Shown piece after piece: positions 32,005-37,879 of a stretch of 37,879 nucleotides of DNA; the first letter of the stretch is position 1; every line of letters begins with the position of its first letter. The stretch comes from a virus. The stretch covers positions 1 to 37,879 of the IMG/VR virus record IMGVR_UViG_3300012664_000059. One strand, 5' to 3'. Both the position numbers and the translations under genes were made by a program. Under the pieces are notes generated by a model. That model searched no databases, was not told where the DNA came from, and worked only from the letters and a program-made list of their open reading frames with translations.

Positions 32005-32748
32005 ATGTTTGATTTGAAATCAATCTCCAAGACGCGCCGAGTGCGTGCCCCCAAAATCGTGATCGTTGGCCAAGGCAAGATTGGCAAGACCACCTTTGCC
32101 GCCATGGCACCCAAGGCCATTGGCATCTTGACCGAAGACGGTGCTGATGCCGTGGACGCCAACGCATTTCCGTTGGCCACCAGTTTGGCCGATGTGTACA
32201 CCGCCATCGACACGCTGATCAATCAGGACCACGAGTTTCAGACGCTGTTTATTGATTCGCTGGATTGGCTTGAGCCATTGGTGCAAGACCATGTGTGCAA
32301 GGCCAACAACTGGAAGAACATTGAGCAGCCAGGCTTTGGCAAGGGTTACGTTGCCGCCGCTGAGGAATGGCGCAACCTGCTGTCTGGTTTGGAGGTGCTA
32401 CGCGCTGACAAGGATATGGGCATCATCTTGATTGCTCACGACAAGATCAAGCGCATCGAAGATCCATTGACAGAAGGCTTTGACAGCCATGTGCTCAAAC
32501 TCCACGACCGCGCTGGTGCGTTAGTCCAAGAATGGGCAGACGTCATTGGGTATGCAGGGTATCGCATCTTCACCAGCAAGACAGACGCTGGCTTTGGCAA
32601 CAAAGAAACCAAGGCCACCACCACGGGTGAGCGCATCTTGCACGTTGAACCCCATCCGGCTCATTGCGGTGGCAACCGCTTTGGCCTGTCCAATATGCCG
32701 CTTGACTGGACGGCATTCCAAGAGGCGCTGACCACTGCGCAATCTTGA
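32005..32748 (+). CDS. Sak4-like RecA-fold ATPase (AAA_24 family, 247 aa)
   Basis: Walker A IVGQGKIGKTTFA and Walker B TLFIDSLD. Size and context are typical of phage AAA_24 single-strand annealing ATPases. Confidence 0.75.
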   Translation: MFDLKSISKTRRVRAPKIVIVGQGKIGKTTFAAMAPKAIGILTEDGADAVDANAFPLATSLADVYTAIDTLINQDHEFQTLFIDSLDWLEPLVQDHVCKANNWKNIEQPGFGKGYVAAAEEWRNLLSGLEVLRADKDMGIILIAHDKIKRIEDPLTEGFDSHVLKLHDRAGALVQEWADVIGYAGYRIFTSKTDAGFGNKETKATTTGERILHVEPHPAHCGGNRFGLSNMPLDWTAFQEALTTAQS

Positions 32749-32782
32749 TCCCCAGTTCGTAACTTAACTTTGAAAGAAAACA

Positions 32783-33265
32783 ATGGCTCACTTTAACTTT
32801 GACGCATCGCAAGTCGCACCACAAACATCTTCTGGCCCTTTGCCTGCTGGCACGTATCTGGCCCACATCATCGAGTCCGATGTCCAGCCTCTTAAGTCTG
32901 GTAAAGGCACTGGCCTGAAGCTGACCTTTGAGATCATTGACGGCCCGCAAAAGGGTCGCCGTGTGTGGGAAAACCTGAACATTCAGCATGAAAACGAGGA
33001 CACCCAGCGCATCGCCCAATCCCAACTGTCTGCTCTGTGCCACGCTGTGAACGTAATCAAGTTGCAAGACACTGCCGCATTGCATTTGAAGCCCGTCAGC
33101 ATTAAAGTGGTGGTGCGTGAGGCGCAAGGCCAGTACCAAGCCAGCAACAACATCAAAGGTTATGAGTCTGCCGGTGGTGTTCGTCCAGCAGCGCCAGCTT
33201 TTGTGGCGCAGGCCGAAGAAGCGCAAGCCGCCAAGACTGGTGCTCCAGCATGGGCTAAGAAGTAA
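32783..33265 (+). CDS. DUF669-type SSB-like protein (160 aa)
   Basis: FDASQVAPQ...PLPAGTYLAHIIESDVQPLKSGKGTGLKLTFEI..GPQKGRRVWENLNI matches the DUF669 pattern. It follows the AAA_24 gene. Confidence 0.6.
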   Translation: MAHFNFDASQVAPQTSSGPLPAGTYLAHIIESDVQPLKSGKGTGLKLTFEIIDGPQKGRRVWENLNIQHENEDTQRIAQSQLSALCHAVNVIKLQDTAALHLKPVSIKVVVREAQGQYQASNNIKGYESAGGVRPAAPAFVAQAEEAQAAKTGAPAWAKK

Positions 33266-33268
33266 GAC

Positions 33269-34354
33269 ATGGCCACACTTCCGCAATCCGTTGTGGACCC
33301 TGTGGCCGATGCCATCTTTGCCAGTTACAAGGCAAAGTACGGCACCGAGCCACAGCGCCCTTACCTTGGTGCCAGTGCGATTGGCAAGCCTTGCTTGCGC
33401 CAGCATTGGTACAGCTTTCGGTGGTCAAAGCCTGCCGAGTTTTCTGGCCGTTTGTATCGAGTTTTCCAGACGGGCCACTTGCAAGAGCCACGTATATACA
33501 ACGATCTGCGCTCTATTGGCTGCACGGTCTATGACATGGACCCCAACACCGGCAAACAGTGGACGTTTGTTGAGGCGACCAGTGGAAATCACTTTAAGGG
33601 TAACGCCGATGGTTTTGTGACTGGCTTGCCGCAGGCTCCAAAGTCACCCCATGTGCTGGAGATCAAGACCTCATCTGCCAAGATGTTTGCTGAGATGCAA
33701 AAATCCGGAGTAAAGAAGGCCAAGCCCGAACACTACGCGCAGATGCAAATGTACATGAAATGGAGCATTGATCTCTACGGTGAGAACGGATGCCACAAAG
33801 CCCTGTACGTTGTGGTCAACAAGGACAACGACGACATTTACACCGAGCGCATTGAATACGACAAGGCCGAGGCACAGGCCATCATTGACAAAGCCTTGGC
33901 CGTGATCACCTCAACCGAGCCGCCAGTGGGCATCAGCCAAGACCCATCTTGGTACGAATGCAAGTTCTGCGATTACCACAGCATCTGCCACGGCACCGAT
34001 GTGCCTGCCATGAATTGCCGGTCATGTGCTCACGCCACGCCAGAGATGGACGGCAACGCACGGTGGTCTTGCTCGGTGCATCAAAATGATATACCTGTGT
34101 CCGCCCAGCGCACCGGCTGTGACTCGCACCGCTACATCCCGATTTTGCTGGCCAATTTTGCCAAGCCAGTTGACATTGATCATGGTGATGCTGTTGTATA
34201 TCAGATGGGCCATGAGCAGTTTTCCAACGGTGACCCCAATTTCAACCCCACTTACATCAGCAGCGCAGAGATCCATGCTTGCCAAGACAAGACGGCATTG
34301 ATTGACGACTTTGCACTGGATCTCAGACTTCAACATGGAGGTCGATTTGTATGA
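33269..34354 (+). CDS. PD-(D/E)XK Cas4/RecB-like exonuclease with a Cys-rich C-terminal extension (361 aa)
   Basis: GNADGFV (Asp), LEIKTS (ExK), QMQMYM (QxxxY), an N-terminal Cys (KPCLRQ) plus CKFCDYHSIC (CX2CX5C Fe-S motif). An extra ~115 aa carries CRSCAH, WSC and GCDSH. Confidence 0.75.
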   Translation: MATLPQSVVDPVADAIFASYKAKYGTEPQRPYLGASAIGKPCLRQHWYSFRWSKPAEFSGRLYRVFQTGHLQEPRIYNDLRSIGCTVYDMDPNTGKQWTFVEATSGNHFKGNADGFVTGLPQAPKSPHVLEIKTSSAKMFAEMQKSGVKKAKPEHYAQMQMYMKWSIDLYGENGCHKALYVVVNKDNDDIYTERIEYDKAEAQAIIDKALAVITSTEPPVGISQDPSWYECKFCDYHSICHGTDVPAMNCRSCAHATPEMDGNARWSCSVHQNDIPVSAQRTGCDSHRYIPILLANFAKPVDIDHGDAVVYQMGHEQFSNGDPNFNPTYISSAEIHACQDKTALIDDFALDLRLQHGGRFV

Positions 34355-34512
34355 ACACCCCGCCACCCATCCAAGACATCACCTTGCGTGATTACTTTGC
34401 CGCCGCCGCATTAACTGGTTTGCTTGCCAACGGTGATCGTTTGAGCGCCGTCAAACAAGCCTTGAAGTTGGCTGACCAAATGCTCAAGGAGCGCCAAAAT
34501 GATCCTGCGTGA
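34351..34512 (+). CDS. Small ORF (53 aa)
   Basis: Hand translation gives MNTPPPIQDITLRDYFAAAALTGLLANGDRLSAVKQALKLADQMLKERQNDPA. ATGA overlap upstream. It overlaps the helicase start by 14 nt. Confidence 0.5.
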   Translation: MNTPPPIQDITLRDYFAAAALTGLLANGDRLSAVKQALKLADQMLKERQNDPA

Positions 34513-36163
34513 CTATCAATCGCGCTCGGTCGCCGATCTGTTTGCCTGGTGGACACAGCACCAAGGCAACGACGACATCCCTTTGCTGGTGCTTCCCACC
34601 GGCTCGGGGAAGTCGGTGATCTGCGCCGAGATCGTGCGCCAGATGTGGGAACAGTGGCCACAATATCGGCCACGCACCGTGGTGCTGGTGCCCAGCAAAG
34701 AGTTAGCCGAGCAAAACGCCGCCAAGTTGCAAGCGTTGTTGCCCGATAACATCCACGTTGGCTTTGTCAGCGCCAGTTTGGGCAAGAAGCAACACAACGC
34801 CGATGTGATCGTGGCCACCATTGGCAGCATCCACAAGTCTGCGCACCTGCTGGGTGACATCAAGGTGGTCATCATTGACGAGGCCCATCTGGTCAGCACC
34901 AAGGCATCTGACGCAGGCATGTACCGCACGTTCCTGTCCAAGCTGGGCGAGATCTGCCAGTTCCGCACGGTGGGCATGACTGCCACGCCGTTCAGGGGCA
35001 ATCAGGTTTGGCTTACTGATGGCGAAGACCCGCTGTTTACCGGCATTGCGTCCAATGTCACTATGCGTGAGTTGCTGGACCAGCAGTTCCTGTCCCCACT
35101 GGTGCCGCCTGCGGTGCAGATGATGACCAAGATTGATGTGAGCAACGTGGGCATCTCCAACGGTGACTACAAGGTTGGAGAACTGTCCGAGGTGGTGGAC
35201 ACTTACCTGTTGCAAGTGGCCCAAGAGACTGTGGTGTTTGCCCAGCATCGCCGCAAATGGATTGCCTTCACGCCAAGTGTTGCCAACGCCGAAAGTCTTG
35301 TGGCCAAGCTGAACGAGCGAAGCATTGTCAGCGCCGTGGTGTGTGGTGAGACACCAGCGCAAGAGCGCGAAGACCTGATCCGTGACTTTAAACAAGGCGA
35401 GATCCGTTGCCTAGTAACTGTGCTGGCGCTGTCCACTGGCTTTGATGTTCCTGATGTGGACTGCATCATCTGGTGCAGGCCGACCAAGTCACCCGTGCTG
35501 TATGTGCAGGGCATGGGCCGAGGCACACGCATTGCGCCAGGCAAGGAGGACTGTTTGGTGCTGGACTTCACCGACACCGTGGAGCGCCTTGGGCCGGTGG
35601 ACATCATCAAGGGCAAGAGCAAAACCAAACGTGCTGGCGATCAGTCTGCGCCGTTTTGCATCTGCCCTGAGTGCGGTGAGCGCAACGCACCCGCAGCTTT
35701 GATCTGCGCCGCATGTGGAGGCACCATCAAAGAGCCAGAGGTGGCCAAGCCCATTGACGCCAAGCTGTCGTATGCCGCGCTACTGTCAGCGCAGATGCAG
35801 GCTGTCAGCACTTGGCACGATGTCACGAGGGTGGACTACAAGCTGCACCGCAAGCCTGGCAAACCTGACAGCGTTAGGGTCGATTACTACGATGGCTTGC
35901 TGCGATGCGCCAGTGAATGGATCTGCTTTGACCATGGGGGTTTTGCCGCTGGCAAGGCACGCCAGTGGTGCCAGCAACGCATGGGCATGGACATTGGGTT
36001 TCCGTCCAACACTGAACAGTTGTTGCAAGTGGCCGAGGCATTGCTCACACCAACCCGCATCGCAACCCGCAAGAACGGCAAATTTACAGAGGTCAAAGAA
36101 TATGAATTTACAAGAACTGAACGCCATCAAGACGCACCTGAAGAAGCAACTCAAGGATCTTGA
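34499..36163 (+). CDS. Superfamily-2 DEAD/DEAH-box helicase with a zinc ribbon (554 aa)
   Basis: Motif I LPTGSGKS, motif II IIDEAH, motif III MTATP, motif VI QGMGRGTR, and CPECGERNAPAALICAACG. Confidence 0.85.
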   Translation: MILRDYQSRSVADLFAWWTQHQGNDDIPLLVLPTGSGKSVICAEIVRQMWEQWPQYRPRTVVLVPSKELAEQNAAKLQALLPDNIHVGFVSASLGKKQHNADVIVATIGSIHKSAHLLGDIKVVIIDEAHLVSTKASDAGMYRTFLSKLGEICQFRTVGMTATPFRGNQVWLTDGEDPLFTGIASNVTMRELLDQQFLSPLVPPAVQMMTKIDVSNVGISNGDYKVGELSEVVDTYLLQVAQETVVFAQHRRKWIAFTPSVANAESLVAKLNERSIVSAVVCGETPAQEREDLIRDFKQGEIRCLVTVLALSTGFDVPDVDCIIWCRPTKSPVLYVQGMGRGTRIAPGKEDCLVLDFTDTVERLGPVDIIKGKSKTKRAGDQSAPFCICPECGERNAPAALICAACGGTIKEPEVAKPIDAKLSYAALLSAQMQAVSTWHDVTRVDYKLHRKPGKPDSVRVDYYDGLLRCASEWICFDHGGFAAGKARQWCQQRMGMDIGFPSNTEQLLQVAEALLTPTRIATRKNGKFTEVKEYEFTRTERHQDAPEEATQGS

Positions 36164-36305
36164 CAACATCCAAGTTACTTGCCTGCGCTGTGAGCACTTG
36201 CAGGCTGGCCATGTATGCCAGAAGTTTGACGCCAAACCGCCAGCAGATTGGTTGCATGGCCCCGTGGATTGTGAGCATTGGGTATGGGATTGCATCCCGT
36301 TCTAG
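36102..36305 (+). CDS. Small Cys/His-rich protein (67 aa)
   Basis: MNLQELNAIK...CLRCEHLQAGHVCQKF...VDCEHWVWDCIPF. It overlaps the 3' end of the helicase gene by 62 nt in another frame. Confidence 0.4.
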   Translation: MNLQELNAIKTHLKKQLKDLDNIQVTCLRCEHLQAGHVCQKFDAKPPADWLHGPVDCEHWVWDCIPF

Positions 36306-36319
36306 CAATATGCTAGAAT
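36290..36319 (+). promoter_or_regulatory. Internal promoter TTGCAT-N18-TGcTAGAAT with the third copy of the operator palindrome
   Basis: CTAGCA-ATA-TGCTAG at 36302-36316 is a perfect palindrome. TAGAAT at 36314-36319 is preceded by TGc. TTGCAT at 36290-36295. It lies 28 nt upstream of the next gene. Confidence 0.55.
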
Positions 36320-36346
36320 CCAATCACCTTAACTGAGGAGCAAAAA

Positions 36347-36577
36347 TTGAACGCACTAGACAAGCAGGTGGCAGGCAACCATTACAAGGATCTGCCAATC
36401 CAGCCGATTGAGTACATCCACGCCAACGCCATGGGGTACATGGAAGGCAACGTGGTCAAGTACATCAGCCGCTGGCGCAAAAAAAACGGCATGGCCGATC
36501 TGGAAAAGGCCAAGCACTACATTGAGCTGCTGATTGAGTTGGAGACACGCCGCAGTGTTTCCACGCAAGGAGTTTGA
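36347..36577 (+). CDS. DUF3310-family protein (76 aa), TTG start
   Basis: QVAGNHYKDLPIQPIEYIHAN...GNVVKYISRWRKKNG..DLEKAKHYIELLIE matches the DUF3310 pattern. GAGGAG SD 7 nt upstream of the TTG. Confidence 0.65.
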   Translation: MNALDKQVAGNHYKDLPIQPIEYIHANAMGYMEGNVVKYISRWRKKNGMADLEKAKHYIELLIELETRRSVSTQGV

Positions 36578-36931
36578 ATGTCACGCCCACATCAAGAAAT
36601 CTCGTTGGCAATTTGCAGTTTGATTGCCAAAACCGGCAGCGTCAATTACTTGGAGTTGGAGTACGCGCTGCGCATTGCCAATGGTGTTGAACGCTTGCGC
36701 TCACTGCGCCAGCATGGATACATCAAATCTTTGCCCAAGGTGCGCTGTGAGTTGAAACGATACGCATTGACCACCGATGGGGAAAAACTGATCGGCCAGC
36801 ATTTGGCAGATCAACATCAGATCAATCGCAACGTGATGAATTTCCCCAAGTATGTGCCGTCCACTTCTATGCCAACACGGCATGGCGCGATGGACGCATT
36901 CTCAATCTCCAGCCGAGGCATGACAGCATGA
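36578..36931 (+). CDS. Winged-helix-like hypothetical protein (117 aa)
   Basis: AAGGAG SD. The YLELEYALRIANGVERLRSLRQHGYIKS segment resembles a MarR-like wHTH. Confidence 0.45.
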   Translation: MSRPHQEISLAICSLIAKTGSVNYLELEYALRIANGVERLRSLRQHGYIKSLPKVRCELKRYALTTDGEKLIGQHLADQHQINRNVMNFPKYVPSTSMPTRHGAMDAFSISSRGMTA

Positions 36932-37107
36932 ACCACACCGAAGCCGATTACATCAGCGAGGGCGCACGCTATGAACGTGCTCACTCAACCGAGGTGGCCC
37001 GTGCGATTGCTTACAAGCTGCGTGCGATGTTGACCAGTGAACGCCCAGAGGATCAGGCGCACGCCAGAGAACTGATTGAACAAGGGCGCAAGGAGGCGCG
37101 CACATGA
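36928..37107 (+). CDS. Small ORF (59 aa)
   Basis: Hand-translated ORF with ATGA coupling at both ends. Confidence 0.4.
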   Translation: MNHTEADYISEGARYERAHSTEVARAIAYKLRAMLTSERPEDQAHARELIEQGRKEART

Positions 37108-37211
37108 CATGGCCATTCCCACCCCCTACTGGCCCTGTGCCATGGACCAACAAACAAATTCAAGAGTACGCCAAGCAACAACGCAACAACCAAGAGGACG
37201 CACTGTTATGA
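37104..37211 (+). CDS. Small ORF (35 aa)
   Basis: Strong AAGGAGG SD 8 nt upstream. ATGA coupling at both ends. Sequence MTWPFPPPTGPVPWTNKQIQEYAKQQRNNQEDALL. Confidence 0.4.
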   Translation: MTWPFPPPTGPVPWTNKQIQEYAKQQRNNQEDALL

Positions 37212-37381
37212 CACACAAAAAACCATTAACACACGCGCAAAAAGTATTCGAGGCCGTTATGACCTCCAAGGGTTACACCGACTTCAGCAAGACCGAAACC
37301 GGCAAGTACAACAACGTCAGCTTGGCAATGCGCTGGCCGTACTTCTTGCTGGGTTGGGAGATGCGTGAGGTGAGCTTATGA
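37208..37381 (+). CDS. Small ORF (57 aa)
   Basis: In-frame ATG (MTHKKPL...) coupled by ATGA to both neighbours. Confidence 0.4.
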   Translation: MTHKKPLTHAQKVFEAVMTSKGYTDFSKTETGKYNNVSLAMRWPYFLLGWEMREVSL

Positions 37382-37743
37382 AATCCACCATAAAAATGGC
37401 CCGTGAGGCTGGTTTTGATATTGATACGCACGAATCAGAAGTAGCAATAAACATCTTCTTCACCGAGGAACTCAAAGCCTTTGAAGCCCTTGTTCGTGCT
37501 GACGCTATCGCTGAAGAGCGTGCCGCACTAATGCAACTGTTTACTGACCCAGAAAACCAACCAACTCAGCATGGCACGGTGACGGTGGAGTATATGCAGC
37601 GTGAGGTTGCGGCAGAGCGTGAGGCGTGTGCAAAGGTGTGTGAGGAGTTGCTTATGTGGAACGAAGATGACCCCGGAAGCAGTGCAGCCAAAGCCATCCG
37701 TGAGCGTTCAGCGAACGCAGGAGCAAGAGGAGAAACCAAATGA
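37378..37743 (+). CDS. Hypothetical acidic protein (121 aa)
   Basis: GAGGTGAG SD; ATGA coupling. Confidence 0.55.
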   Translation: MKSTIKMAREAGFDIDTHESEVAINIFFTEELKAFEALVRADAIAEERAALMQLFTDPENQPTQHGTVTVEYMQREVAAEREACAKVCEELLMWNEDDPGSSAAKAIRERSANAGARGETK

Positions 37744-37874
37744 ACGATTTATTCAAGCCGCATCAGTGCCCACGGTGCTTTGGGCTATTTAAAGTGGGTG
37801 ACAGGTTTTGGAATGATTCGGGCACGGTGTACCACTGGATGTGCTGGATTAACAAATCAAAGGAAACAAAATGA
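37740..37874 (+). CDS. Small Cys-containing ORF (44 aa) spanning the circular junction
   Basis: GAGGAG SD. Sequence MNDLFKPHQCPRCFGLFKVGDRFWNDSGTVYHWMCWINKSKETK. Its stop overlaps the ATG of the gene annotated at 47-634. Confidence 0.5.
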   Translation: MNDLFKPHQCPRCFGLFKVGDRFWNDSGTVYHWMCWINKSKETK

Positions 37875-37879
37875 TCTGT
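37825..37879. repeat. Terminal direct repeat (copy 2), identical to 1-55
   Basis: Exact 55-nt identity with the window start. Confidence 0.9.

Noticed and set aside
34071-34085. Isolated TCGGTGCA copy inside the Cas4-like nuclease gene, as a second iteron site (crr-like)
   Set aside because: It is a single 8-mer within coding sequence and is compatible with chance occurrence. There is no clustering or flanking repeat context.

Overview
The window is a complete, circularly closed dsDNA phage genome. Bases 1-55 are identical to 37825-37879, which looks like an assembler overlap, so the unique length is 37,824 bp. There are no rRNA, tRNA, CRISPR, integrase or DNA polymerase genes.

Gene order: two divergent arms leave a short control region at about 30796-30944.
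- The minus arm (30795 down to 2512) runs: Cro/YdaS-like HTH, Toprim primase plus RecA-type helicase, iteron array, RusA-like resolvase, small terminase, a 379-bp structured non-coding region with three perfect DnaA boxes, a 516-aa PARP/ART-like protein, large terminase, HNH, GroES-like protein, P22-type portal, Dps-like protein, a 964-aa four-repeat fibre-like protein, HNH, scaffold, HNH, P22-type coat, two 135-aa virion proteins, gp4-like and gp10-like tail accessory proteins, a glycine-rich tail fibre, a cupin, three ejection-protein-sized genes, and a lysis cassette with a 3TM holin and an M15 endolysin.
- The plus arm (30894 through the end, wrapping to 2535) carries tightly coupled early genes, many with ATGA overlaps: Sak4-like ATPase, DUF669 SSB-like protein, Cas4-like nuclease, SF2 helicase, DUF3310, glutaredoxin, wHTH proteins, and many small Cys-rich ORFs.

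Most noteworthy observations:
1. A dense TCGGTGCA iteron array sits immediately 3' of the primase-helicase gene.
2. A cluster of three perfect TTATCCACA DnaA boxes lies between terS and the late genes.
3. A CTAGCA-N3-TGCTAG operator fused to an extended -10 element (TGCTAGART) occurs three times.
4. A divergent PARP/ART-like ORF splits terS from terL.
5. Three HNH endonuclease genes lie in the morphogenesis arm.
6. An accessory block lies between portal and scaffold.

All functional calls come from motif recognition by eye and from memory of protein families. No searches were run.
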